Shown here one piece after another: positions 45,098-54,360 of a stretch of 64,000 nucleotides of DNA. Below the pieces are notes generated by a model that was not told the origin of the DNA, made no database searches, and was given only the letters and a program-made list of their open reading frames with translations. Position numbers and translations under genes: made by a program. The DNA is from Candidatus Micrarchaeota archaeon (GTDB lineage Archaea > Micrarchaeota > Micrarchaeia > Anstonellales > Bilamarchaeaceae): NCBI GenBank assembly GCA_964490215.1, contig CAZBAM010000001.1, positions 194,962 through 258,961 of the forward strand. The letters are read 5' to 3'. Within the stretch, counting starts at the first letter, position 1. Each line of letters opens with the position of its first letter.

Positions 45098-46324
45098 TCA
45101 GATGTACCCAAGCGCCTGCACCGGGTCGAGCTTGGCTGCCTGGCGCGCTGGCAGGTAGCCTGCGAGTATGCCCACCCCGGCTGAGAACAGGAAGACGAAA
45201 GCCACCCACTTCGGCTGTATGAGGTAGGGGACGCCGAACGCCTGCGCCGCCACGAGAATGACGAAGGCGCACAGGAAGCCGAGCACGCCGCCTGCGATGC
45301 CTATGAGCGCGCTCTCCGTAAGGAAAATCAGCTGGATGTCACGGTCGGTGGCGCCCACGGACTTGAGGATGCCGATTTCGCGCACGCGCTCAAGAACCGC
45401 CATGAACATGGTATTGGATATGCCTATGCCGCCGACGACCGTCGCCACCGCTGTTATGGCCAGCAGGAGCTGGCCCAGGAGGTCCAGGACGCTGCCCACG
45501 GTCTTCTTTATGTAGTCGGAGGTTATCACGCTGAAGTCCTTCTCGTCCAGCGTCACGCGGTGGTTGGCTGCTATCTTGTGCTCTATGGCATCCTTCACAT
45601 CTTCCATGTTGTATGCCGCGTCAACGTTCAGGTATATGAACGTGACCTCGTTCCTGGCGAGCTGGGTCGTGAAGAGGTCCCTCCCTTCGTCGAAGGGCAG
45701 GATTATGACGCCATTGTCCTGGGATGCGAAGGAGCCGGGGATTTCCTTGAGCGTCCCTACGACCTTGTAGTCCTTGCCGTTTATGGTGAATGTGTTGCCC
45801 ACGTCCAGCTTGTCGTTGCCGAAGAACTTGTTGGCCGCGTCGTAGCCAAGCACGGCCACCCGCCGCTCCGATTCCGTGTAGAGCCTGCCCTTATCCAGCT
45901 GGAAGTAGCTGCTGTACATCTCAAGGCCGCTGGGGTCCATGCCGTAGACCGCCGTCTGTATGCCCTTGGCCCTGAAGCCGACCGAGGCGCGGCCATAGAC
46001 TGTGCGGGCAGTCTCCTTCACGCCCGGGACGCCGGCTATTGAATCCACATCCCGCTGGTAGAGCTTGCCCATCGGCATGCCTGCAGGCCCCAGGTTCGCC
46101 AGGCCGCTGGTACCGCTATCAATGTTGATCGGCACCACGAACATCATGTCGGAGCCGAAGGTGGCGAGGAGGTCATTCACGCTCTGGTTCACGCCTTCGG
46201 TTACCGATGTGATGACGACCATGGCTATGACGCCTATGACGACCCCGATTATCGTGAGCCAGCTCCTCACGTGGCGCGTCCGTAGGTTTTTCACCGCGTA
46301 TGCCGCCGCATCCTGCACGTTCAT
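45098..46324 (-). CDS. ABC transporter permease, FtsX/MacB-like
   Basis: N-terminal TM, periplasmic domain, C-terminal FtsX 3-TM bundle; 408 aa. Confidence 0.75.
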   Translation of the reverse strand: MNVQDAAAYAVKNLRTRHVRSWLTIIGVVIGVIAMVVITSVTEGVNQSVNDLLATFGSDMMFVVPINIDSGTSGLANLGPAGMPMGKLYQRDVDSIAGVPGVKETARTVYGRASVGFRAKGIQTAVYGMDPSGLEMYSSYFQLDKGRLYTESERRVAVLGYDAANKFFGNDKLDVGNTFTINGKDYKVVGTLKEIPGSFASQDNGVIILPFDEGRDLFTTQLARNEVTFIYLNVDAAYNMEDVKDAIEHKIAANHRVTLDEKDFSVITSDYIKKTVGSVLDLLGQLLLAITAVATVVGGIGISNTMFMAVLERVREIGILKSVGATDRDIQLIFLTESALIGIAGGVLGFLCAFVILVAAQAFGVPYLIQPKWVAFVFLFSAGVGILAGYLPARQAAKLDPVQALGYI

Positions 46325-46328
46325 GCCA

Positions 46329-47546
46329 TCACTCGTAACGGAGGGCCTCCACCGCGTCCTGCATGGCTGCCTGCCTCGCAGGCACGTAGCCGGCGACGAT
46401 GCCGACTATGGCCGAGAAGGCCACCGCCCCGAACGCGAACTCAGGGAGTATCACGGCCGGGAAGCCGAGGAGGTTTATGACCAGTATTATGACTGCCGCA
46501 ACTGCGAGCCCGAGAGAGCCGCCTGCCGCGCCTATCAGGGCAGCCTCGGTCAGGAACAGGCCCTCTATGCTGGTTTCTATCATGCCGACCGCCTTGAGTA
46601 TCCCGATTTCCCTCCTTCTTTCAAGGACGGCCATGAACATCGTATTAGCCACGCCGACTGCGCCAACCAGGAGCGATATGCCTGCGATGGCACCCAGGAA
46701 GATGGACAGGAGGGACGTGGTCTGGTCTATCTGCTGGGATATGAATTTCTGCGACAGGACGCTGAAGTCCTTGTTTTCGGCGGTCTTGCGGTGGGCCGCG
46801 AGCAGGATTGACTCCACCTGTTCCGCAGCCTCGTCCACATTCTCGCCCTCCTTTATCACCAGGCGGATGGCCGAGATCTCGTTGTCCGCCATGGAATCGC
46901 CGAGGAGTTCCAGTGCATCGTCAAACGGTATTATTGCAGCGCTGTCGGTCTGGGATACCGTGCCCCCGGATTTTTTCAGTATGCCCACGACCTTGAACCG
47001 CTCGCCGCCCAGGAGGATTATGCTGCCCACTTCGACCTTTTTGTCGAAAAGATTGTCTGCCATATCTGCGCCCACCACCATGGCCCGCCGGTCTGCCGAA
47101 GTGAGGAACCTGCCGCTGCCGATCTCCACGCTTGAGCCGGCCGTCTCCAGGTAGGTGTCCGCCTGCACGCCAAATGCTGATATGGACTTGGAGCTGTCCT
47201 TGTACTCTGCGTTGAAACGGCCCATCAGCACCTTCGTGCCGGTCTCTATTGACGCGACCTTCATTACGCGGGCGTAATCCCGCTCGTACAGCTTGCCAGC
47301 GGTTGGGACGAACTGCGTGCTGCCATAGGCTGCGGCCTTGGTCACATCGGCCGGGAATATTACCAGGGTGTTGGGGCCGAAGCTCTTCAGCTGGTCCTCA
47401 ACGCTGTTCTTCAGGCCCTGGACCATGCCCACGAGTATCACCATGGAGGTTATGCCCACGATGATGCCCAGGATTGTGAGCCAGGAACGGAGGCTGCGGC
47501 TGCGCATGGAATGCAGCGCATATGCCAGCGCATCGGTCAGTCTCAT
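46329..47546 (-). CDS. ABC transporter permease, FtsX/MacB-like (paralog)
   Basis: same layout; ATG at 47544-47546 (MRLTDALAYALH) overlaps the upstream stop (ATGA). Confidence 0.75.
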   Translation of the reverse strand: MRLTDALAYALHSMRSRSLRSWLTILGIIVGITSMVILVGMVQGLKNSVEDQLKSFGPNTLVIFPADVTKAAAYGSTQFVPTAGKLYERDYARVMKVASIETGTKVLMGRFNAEYKDSSKSISAFGVQADTYLETAGSSVEIGSGRFLTSADRRAMVVGADMADNLFDKKVEVGSIILLGGERFKVVGILKKSGGTVSQTDSAAIIPFDDALELLGDSMADNEISAIRLVIKEGENVDEAAEQVESILLAAHRKTAENKDFSVLSQKFISQQIDQTTSLLSIFLGAIAGISLLVGAVGVANTMFMAVLERRREIGILKAVGMIETSIEGLFLTEAALIGAAGGSLGLAVAAVIILVINLLGFPAVILPEFAFGAVAFSAIVGIVAGYVPARQAAMQDAVEALRYE

Positions 47547-49093
47547 CCTTTCTTCCTCAGCCTGAAGTACCACACCGCGGCCGCGGCGATTGCCACTAAG
47601 CCAACCAGCAGGTATAGCGTGCCGCTGCCGTTGGACGGCACCCCCTTGACCGAAGCGGCTTGGTCTATGGTTCTGGTCACCCACGCACCTGACGCGTCCC
47701 TGTAGCGCACGTTTATGGATATCGGGTAGTCGCCCGGACCGGAGTCCACCTTGACCTTGAACTGCACGGTGGAGAAGTCGTCCTTGGCCAGCGAGCCGAT
47801 GTACTGCCTTGGCGTGATGTCCAGGGACTCAAACGCCGGCGAGCTTATGCCCACGTCCACGTTGTCTATGCCGTATGAGCCCACGTTGGACACGAGCACG
47901 GATATCGTGTGCTCCACGCCGGTGGTGAGCGGGCTGGGCTTGGAGTCAAGGTAAACGCTGACGTCGGCGTCAGAGCCGATGGTCAGCGGGACGTCAAGCT
48001 GCTGCTCCTTGCGGATGTCCCTCTCAATCCAGCTTATCTTCGCGCCAACCCGGTTGAGGCCTGGCGTGAGGTCGTTATAGACCGCGGCTGAGACGGTTTT
48101 CTTCTCGCCTGCCGCCAGGTCGCCTATGACCACCTCGTTCCTGTCCCTGAGGCGCATGGACGTGTTCGTGAATGACAGGCGGACGTCGGAAAGCGCCTGG
48201 CCGTTGTTCGTCACTTCCAGTGAGAGCGTGCCGTCCGTTCTGGTCACGAGCGGCTGGAGCTGGTTGAAGCGCAGGTCCAGCACCTCGTTCTTGACCGTGA
48301 GGTGCAGGGTGCTGGCGTCAGAATGCGGAAGCCCCAGCTCGTCCTCGTAGTTCATGGTGAATGATACGCCGGTCGCTCCGTCGCTGGCGTTCCTGGCGTC
48401 AAGCGTCAGGTTAACTACCTTGGACGCGAGCACGTCGCCCACGTAGAGTTCGTTCAGGCCGTAAAAGGCTACGGTGGAGGCAGAAGTCAGGGCATGTTCC
48501 ATGCACATCTGAGTATCTGTGGCGTTCAGGCCGTAAAACGCGACGGTGGAGGTGGATGGGATGCTGATGCGCAGGTTCCTGAGGGGCCCGCCGTTGTTGG
48601 ACACGGTGAGCGCCACCGCCTCTATGCCGCCTATGACCTGCTTGTCAGTGGAAAGCGAAAGTATGGGCGCGTTGAGCACGGTGACCGGGATGGTGGTGCT
48701 CCTGGAGAACGTGTCATAGCCGCCGCCGTCGGACCGGTCTGACACGCCAGTAAGCCGCACTTCCACGGAATATATGGAACTGGTCGCGGTTGCGCCCACT
48801 CTGAACGGCAGGGAGACGCGCGTCGTTCCGCCCGGCTCTATGCTGCCGATGAACTGCTGGCCCGTGACGGTTATCTCTGGCGGGGAGAATATCTCCATGG
48901 ACACCGAGCTGACCGACTTCACGGTTACGCCAGTGACGAGCGGGTTGGATATGTCAAGCGTTATGACGCCGCTCGCCCCGGGCTTGAACGAAGCCTGGGA
49001 CACCGAGAAACTTGATACCGAAAGCCCTGCTGACGCCATGCCAGCGAGCAGCACCAAAGCAAACATAACCCCGAACGCATTATCCATTTTCAT
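47543..49093 (-). CDS. cell-surface protein (signal peptide, Ig/CARDB-like repeats, C-terminal TM anchor)
   Basis: N-terminal signal peptide, C-terminal LYLLVGLVAIAAAAVWYFRLRKKG anchor, internal STVAFYGLN duplication; embedded in the ABC operon. Confidence 0.6.
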   Translation of the reverse strand: MKMDNAFGVMFALVLLAGMASAGLSVSSFSVSQASFKPGASGVITLDISNPLVTGVTVKSVSSVSMEIFSPPEITVTGQQFIGSIEPGGTTRVSLPFRVGATATSSIYSVEVRLTGVSDRSDGGGYDTFSRSTTIPVTVLNAPILSLSTDKQVIGGIEAVALTVSNNGGPLRNLRISIPSTSTVAFYGLNATDTQMCMEHALTSASTVAFYGLNELYVGDVLASKVVNLTLDARNASDGATGVSFTMNYEDELGLPHSDASTLHLTVKNEVLDLRFNQLQPLVTRTDGTLSLEVTNNGQALSDVRLSFTNTSMRLRDRNEVVIGDLAAGEKKTVSAAVYNDLTPGLNRVGAKISWIERDIRKEQQLDVPLTIGSDADVSVYLDSKPSPLTTGVEHTISVLVSNVGSYGIDNVDVGISSPAFESLDITPRQYIGSLAKDDFSTVQFKVKVDSGPGDYPISINVRYRDASGAWVTRTIDQAASVKGVPSNGSGTLYLLVGLVAIAAAAVWYFRLRKKG

Positions 49094-49809
49094 ATCAGCA
49101 CCTCAACCTTCACGATTTTTCCGTCCTTGATCCTTACAACCTTTTCCGTGATCCTCACGACGCTCTCATCGTGGGTTACTATTATTATGGTCTTCCCCTC
49201 GTGGTGGAGGCCCTCAAGAATCTGGAGGACATCCTGCCCGGTCCTGGAATCCAGGTTGCCGGTCGGCTCGTCCGCGAGTATTATCTCCGGGTCGTTTATC
49301 AGCGCCCGCGCGATGGCGACGCGCTGCCGCTCGCCGCCGCTGAGCTGCGAGGGCAGGTGCTCCAGCCGCGCGCCAAGGCTCAGCCTTGTCAGTATTTCCG
49401 CGGCCTTTTTTCTCCTCTGGTCCTTCGGCACGTCGTATATGGTGAGCGGGAGTTCCACATTCTCCAGCGCCGTCAGAGACGGCACGAGGTTGAACGCCTG
49501 GAATATGAAGCCTATCTTCTTGCCGCGTATGCGCGCCTGGCCGTTGGGGTTGATTTTCGTGGTGTCCACCCCGTCCACGTATATCTTCCCGGACGTCGGG
49601 CGGTCAAGCAGGCCCATCAGGTGGAGCAGCGTGGACTTTCCGGAGCCGCTGGGGCCGAGTATGCTGGTCAGCTCGCCCTTGTGGACCGTGAAATTAACGT
49701 CGCAAACCGCCGTGACGCCGCTTGCACCCTCCTTGTAGGTCTTGCATACGTTCTCCAGTTTCAGTATCTCCTTCACGTGGAGTTCCTTATCCGCTTCGGT
49801 GTGCTTCAT
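49090..49809 (-). CDS. ABC transporter ATP-binding protein (MacB/LolD-type)
   Basis: Walker A GPSGSGKST, signature LSGGERQRVAIARAL, Walker B IILADEPTGNLD. Confidence 0.9.
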   Translation of the reverse strand: MKHTEADKELHVKEILKLENVCKTYKEGASGVTAVCDVNFTVHKGELTSILGPSGSGKSTLLHLMGLLDRPTSGKIYVDGVDTTKINPNGQARIRGKKIGFIFQAFNLVPSLTALENVELPLTIYDVPKDQRRKKAAEILTRLSLGARLEHLPSQLSGGERQRVAIARALINDPEIILADEPTGNLDSRTGQDVLQILEGLHHEGKTIIIVTHDESVVRITEKVVRIKDGKIVKVEVLI

Positions 49810-50123
49810 GTCAGCATCTCCCTCAGGAACTGGGCCCTCAGGCTGTCGCGGAAGTGCGCCTTCCTCATCTCAAGAAGCTTTTTCCTGCCCAATGATGTCA
49901 CCGAGTAGAGCTTTTTTATCCTTTTGCCGCTCGCCACCAGCCTCACGCTTATGAGGCCGCCGCGTGCCAGCCCGGCGAGCACGGGGTAGACGTGGGCCGG
50001 CCCGATCTTCATGGAGTCGTGCTCCTTGCGCAGGAGGCGCATCATCTCGTAGCCGTGGGTGGGCTTTTTCGCTATGAGCCACAGCAGGAAGGCCGACATC
50101 ATGACGGTCATCTGCTGCCGCAT
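49806..50123 (-). CDS. PadR-family transcriptional regulator
   Basis: KPTHGYEMMRLL...YPVLAGLARGGLISV wHTH; three possible ATG starts (50111/50123/50162); overlaps the ABC ATPase start. Confidence 0.7.
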   Translation of the reverse strand: MRQQMTVMMSAFLLWLIAKKPTHGYEMMRLLRKEHDSMKIGPAHVYPVLAGLARGGLISVRLVASGKRIKKLYSVTSLGRKKLLEMRKAHFRDSLRAQFLREMLT

Positions 50124-50312
50124 GACGGCCACGCCGCACCCGCGGGGTTTCGCCACCACCATAGGTAATCACTGGGATATATCAGAATCTGATACATCTT
50201 ACGGTGCATGGGTTTATAAAAGAAACTGCCGCCCGCGTGCTGCGGCCGCTTTTTCCGTGCCTTTTTTAAGATAGCCCTGCCAACATATTTCCGCTTGTTG
50301 TATGGTGTTCTT

Positions 50313-51563
50313 ATGGCAGACTACGAAGTGAAGGACCTCTCGCTCGCAGGGCAGGGGAAGCTGAACATAGAATACGCTGAGCGGAACATGCCGCTCATGC
50401 AGGGCATAAAGGCGCGTTTCGCCAGGGAGCAGCCTTTCAGGGGACTGGTCATAGGGCTGGCGCTGCACGTCACCAAGGAAACGGCGGTGCTCGTGCGCAC
50501 GCTCATCGCCGGCGGGGCGAATGTTGCCATAGCCAGCTGCAACCCGCTCTCCACCCAGGACGACGTGGCCGCCGCGCTCGCGAAGGAAGGCGTCGCCGTC
50601 TTCGCCAAGAAGGGCGAGAGCAGGGACGAATATTATAAGTATATCAACGCGGTCGCGGACCGCAGCCCGGACATCACCATAGACGACGGATGCGACCTGA
50701 TATCGCTGCTGCACACGAAGCGCAGCGAGAAGCTGGCGAAGGTGATCGGCGGCTGCGAGGAGACGACCACAGGCGTGATACGGCTCCGCGCGATGGAGAA
50801 GGACAAGGCGCTCAGATACCCGGTCATCGCTGTGAACGACAACAGGACCAAACACCTGCTTGACAACTACTACGGGACCGGCCAGTCGTCCATAGACGGC
50901 ATATTGCGGGCGACGAACACGCTGCTCGCAGGGAAGTCGTTCGTCGTCTGCGGCTACGGCGACTGCGGCAAGGGCGTGGCCATGCGCGCGAAGGGCATGG
51001 GCGCGAACGTCATAGTCACTGAGGTGGACGCAGTGCGCGCGCTGCAGGCGGCGCTTGACGGCTACAGGGTGATGCCCGTGGCGGACGCGGCCGCGCTCGG
51101 GGACATATTCCTCACGGTCACGGGCGACAAGCACGTGATACGCACAGAGCACATGGGTAAGATGAAGGACGGCGCGATACTCGCCAACGCAGGCCATTTT
51201 GACGTTGAAATAGACGTGGAGGGGCTGGAGAAGATTGCGAAGAAGAGGAAGATACGGCCGTTCCTGGACGAATACGACATCGGCGGGAAGAGGATATACC
51301 TGTGCGCAGAGGGCAGGCTGGTCAATCTCGGCGCTGCCGAGGGCCACCCCAGCGAGGTGATGGCAACGTCGTTCGCCGGCCAGTCGCTTGCGTGCGAATA
51401 CATAGTGAAGAACAGGGGGAAATTGAAGCCGGGCGTCATCGTCCTGCCGGAGTCCATTGACAATCACATAGCAGAACTCCAGCTGGGGGCGATGGGCGTG
51501 AGGAAGGACTCGCTCACCGGCGAGCAGAAGAAGTACCTGGGAAGCTGGCAGGAAGGGACGTAA
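50313..51563 (+). CDS. ahcY: adenosylhomocysteinase
   Basis: NAD-binding GYGDCGKG and SAHH family motifs; ATG at 50313. Confidence 0.9.
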   Translation: MADYEVKDLSLAGQGKLNIEYAERNMPLMQGIKARFAREQPFRGLVIGLALHVTKETAVLVRTLIAGGANVAIASCNPLSTQDDVAAALAKEGVAVFAKKGESRDEYYKYINAVADRSPDITIDDGCDLISLLHTKRSEKLAKVIGGCEETTTGVIRLRAMEKDKALRYPVIAVNDNRTKHLLDNYYGTGQSSIDGILRATNTLLAGKSFVVCGYGDCGKGVAMRAKGMGANVIVTEVDAVRALQAALDGYRVMPVADAAALGDIFLTVTGDKHVIRTEHMGKMKDGAILANAGHFDVEIDVEGLEKIAKKRKIRPFLDEYDIGGKRIYLCAEGRLVNLGAAEGHPSEVMATSFAGQSLACEYIVKNRGKLKPGVIVLPESIDNHIAELQLGAMGVRKDSLTGEQKKYLGSWQEGT

Positions 51564-51615
51564 AGAATGGCAGGGATGACGAGTGATTAAAAATCATTCC
51601 GTCGCTAATCCCTTC

Positions 51616-52026
51616 ATGAGTTCTGAGAATTACGACAGGCTACTTGACAGCATATACGCCAACCTTCCGGAGAAGGTGACCAGGAGCGAAAGGTTTGAGA
51701 TGCCGAAATTTGAGTTCTTCAGCGAGGGCAACAAGACCATAATCAGGAACTACAAGGCGGTGGTGGACAAGATAAGGCGCCAGCCTGAGTTCCTGTCCAA
51801 GCACCTCTCCAAGGAGCTGGCCGTGCCGGTTGAGGTCCAGGGCGAGAGGCTCATCCTCCAGAGGAAGCTCAGCGGCGACATACTCAACAAGAAACTGGAG
51901 GAGTTCGTGCTCAAATACGTCATCTGCAAGCAGTGCAAGAGGCCTGACACCCACGTCCAGGAGATGGGGCACGGCCTGCGCCAGCTGGTATGCGAGAGCT
52001 GCGGCGCGCGGATGGCAATACGATGA
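51616..52026 (+). CDS. eif2b: translation initiation factor 2 beta subunit (aIF2-beta)
   Basis: C-terminal zinc ribbon CKQCKRPDT...CESCGA and eIF2-beta core; ATG at 51616. Confidence 0.8.
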   Translation: MSSENYDRLLDSIYANLPEKVTRSERFEMPKFEFFSEGNKTIIRNYKAVVDKIRRQPEFLSKHLSKELAVPVEVQGERLILQRKLSGDILNKKLEEFVLKYVICKQCKRPDTHVQEMGHGLRQLVCESCGARMAIR

Positions 52027-52081
52027 TATGGCAGATGAAGAACCGGCGCAAAACCGGTCACTGCAGCAGGCATAAGGTGAT

Positions 52082-52414
52082 ATGATGGCATTCTACAGGG
52101 GAGGGCACAGGAAGACGCCGGCACCACAGCTGAGCCAGGAGGAGGAAAGGAGGAGGCTCAGGCTTCCGCGCGAAGGCGAGGTGCTCGGGCTTGTGCTCGG
52201 CCTGATGGGCGGTTCCAGGATGAAGGTCGCCTGCAAGGACAGCAAGGAAAGGATGTGCCGCATACCTGGCAAGCTCAGGAACAGGATATGGGTGAAGGAG
52301 GGCGACGTTGTCGTCGTCAGGCCGTGGCCTATACAGGGAGACGAGAAGGGCGACATCGTATGGAGATACCTGCCCATGCAGGCAAGGATACTGAAGGAAG
52401 AGGGCTATATTTGA
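52082..52414 (+). CDS. eif1a: translation initiation factor 1A (aIF1A)
   Basis: S1-like OB fold EGEVLGLVLGLMGGSRMKVACKDSKERMCRIPGKLRNRIWVKEGDVVVV. Confidence 0.8.
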   Translation: MMAFYRGGHRKTPAPQLSQEEERRRLRLPREGEVLGLVLGLMGGSRMKVACKDSKERMCRIPGKLRNRIWVKEGDVVVVRPWPIQGDEKGDIVWRYLPMQARILKEEGYI

Positions 52415-52536
52415 GGAGCGAGACTCCGGCATTTTTTCGTGCCTTCTGCTTCTCTCTTCCCGCAGTTCTTCGCTTTTTGAGTTGTTTTCCGCCTCGGCCA
52501 GTGAATTTATAAGAAAGAACGTCCCACTTTATCCGA

Positions 52537-53280
52537 ATGTCAGGAAGCACATCAGGGAAGCAAAAGCCGCTGAAGGAGGTTTACCAGCTCAAGGAGCGCT
52601 TCAAGACCGAGAGCGAGGTCTTTGACAAGCGCGTCCTGCTCATCCTGTGGGGCTTCATAAAGAAGGGCATGCTCCAGAGGGTGGATTACCCTATATCCAC
52701 GGGCAAGGAGGCCAACGTGTTCATGGCAACCACGCCCAACGGCAGCCACGTCGCGGTGAAGATATACAAGATGGAGACTGCGCCGTTCTTCCGCAAGGAG
52801 GAATACCTTGACGGGGACCCGCGGTTCGGGAACATAAAGCACAACGACCGGGAGATAGTCAAGGCGTTCGCGCGCAAGGAGTTCAAGAACCTGCAGGTAT
52901 GCGAGAAGGCCGGCGTGCACGCGCCGAAGCCGTATTACATCACGGACAACGTCCTGGTGATGGGGTTCCTGGGCGAGGGCGACCTGCCATACCCCACGAT
53001 GAACATGGTCGGGCCGCTGCACGGCGAGAAGGACCTGGATTCCATACTTGACGATTTGAGGAAGATGCACAGGGCAGGGCTGGTGCACGCCGATTTGAGC
53101 GAATACAACGTCATGATGGGAGACGTGCCATACCTGATTGATTTCGGGCAGGGCGTGGTGCTCAGGCATCCGCGCGCCGAGCGGTTTTTGGAGCGCGATG
53201 TGGCGATAATACTGAAGTATTTCGCGAAATACGGCGTGAAGCGCGACCTGGAGAAGACGCTGAAGTGGATACGCGACTAA
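52537..53280 (+). CDS. RIO-type serine/threonine protein kinase
   Basis: RIO motifs STGKEANVF, LVHADLSEYNVMM, IDFGQ. Confidence 0.85.
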   Translation: MSGSTSGKQKPLKEVYQLKERFKTESEVFDKRVLLILWGFIKKGMLQRVDYPISTGKEANVFMATTPNGSHVAVKIYKMETAPFFRKEEYLDGDPRFGNIKHNDREIVKAFARKEFKNLQVCEKAGVHAPKPYYITDNVLVMGFLGEGDLPYPTMNMVGPLHGEKDLDSILDDLRKMHRAGLVHADLSEYNVMMGDVPYLIDFGQGVVLRHPRAERFLERDVAIILKYFAKYGVKRDLEKTLKWIRD

Positions 53281-53346
53281 TCAGTGGTCCGGGAATAGTA
53301 TTAAAAATCACACTTTTCATAATATTAATAAAAAGGAGGTGAGAGA

Positions 53347-53583
53347 TTGGCGAATATGCTTTCGGTTCCGTTGCCAGAAGAGCTAAAGGAAGAGATGGAA
53401 AGGCACAAAGAAATCAAATGGGTAGAAGTTGCCAGGCAGGCATTATGGGAAAAGGTCAAGGCCATTGAGAAACTGGATGAGATAATGGCAAAAAGCAAGC
53501 TTTCGGAAGAGGATGCTGAAAAACATTCCAGGATATTGAAGGAGAAAGTCTGGAAAGCGCACAGGAAAGGGCTGGGCGTGTAG
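53347..53583 (+). CDS. putative antitoxin partner of the PIN protein (VapB-like)
   Basis: 78-aa charged helical protein directly upstream of, and 1 nt from, the PIN gene; AT-rich locus. Confidence 0.45.
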   Translation: MANMLSVPLPEELKEEMERHKEIKWVEVARQALWEKVKAIEKLDEIMAKSKLSEEDAEKHSRILKEKVWKAHRKGLGV

Positions 53584-53584
53584 C

Positions 53585-54025
53585 ATGGTGCTGGAACTGA
53601 TAGTCGATGCAAACGTGCTATTTTCGGCATTGCTGGCAAAAAGCACGACAAGAAAGCTCCTATTCAGTCCTCACCTGAAGCTATCTGCTCCGGAGTATCT
53701 CATAACCGAGCTGGAGAAACATCTTGAATCTGATTCGGAGCTCAGAGAAAAGCTCAATCAAACCAAAGAAGAAACCGAGGTTGTCATCCATGAACTATTG
53801 CATAACATCGAAACGATTCCGGCAGTAGAATACAGGCAATTGATTGGGCAGGCGCTAAAGATTTCGCCGGATGAATTCGACGCCCCGTACTTTGCATTGG
53901 CGCTTCATCTGAAGCTACCAATCTGGTCCAATGATAAACGATTAAAGAAACAGAAGATGGTTCAGGTTCACAATACATGGGAGATTCTTGAAAAATTGAA
54001 AGGCTCGGGATACCATGAAATATGA
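53585..54025 (+). CDS. PIN-domain ribonuclease (VapC-like toxin)
   Basis: IVDANVLFSAL (first acidic residue), DAPYFALAL, IWSNDK; 146 aa. Confidence 0.65.
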   Translation: MVLELIVDANVLFSALLAKSTTRKLLFSPHLKLSAPEYLITELEKHLESDSELREKLNQTKEETEVVIHELLHNIETIPAVEYRQLIGQALKISPDEFDAPYFALALHLKLPIWSNDKRLKKQKMVQVHNTWEILEKLKGSGYHEI

Positions 54026-54347
54026 AAAATCCATGCTGCTTGAAGTGATTGGCGATACGCCTGAGAACAGGGCGATAGACTTCCTCATGGAAGGGAAGGG
54101 AATTGATTACAGCATAACTGACATCGCAGAAGGCTGCGGCGTTTCTAGGCCGACGATATACAAGGTCTTGCCTAAACTCGTCAAAGAACAGGTTGTGCTG
54201 GCAGCGAGGAAAATCGGCAAGATTACCCTATACCGTCTCAACGGGCAGAATGAGAAAGTGCGGGCTCTCATGAAATTGGAGGAGATTCTGCTCAAGGAAT
54301 CGTTCAATCAGGTTGAAGGAAAAGAAAGCGTGCCAGCGCCTCAGTAG
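54015..54347 (+). CDS. winged-helix transcriptional regulator
   Basis: ITDIAEGCGVSRPTIYKVLPKLVKEQVV HTH; overlaps the PIN gene end; AT-rich. Confidence 0.5.
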   Translation: MKYEKSMLLEVIGDTPENRAIDFLMEGKGIDYSITDIAEGCGVSRPTIYKVLPKLVKEQVVLAARKIGKITLYRLNGQNEKVRALMKLEEILLKESFNQVEGKESVPAPQ

Positions 54348-54360
54348 AAAAACCGCTTCC

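Noticed and set aside
42793-45111. Reverse gyrase (first impression from size and zinc ribbons)
   Set aside because: No helicase (Walker A/DEAD) domain; it is a plain type IA topoisomerase starting at MELIVAEKP (44985).
50214-51467. 417-aa minus ORF over ahcY
   Set aside because: Antisense artefact.
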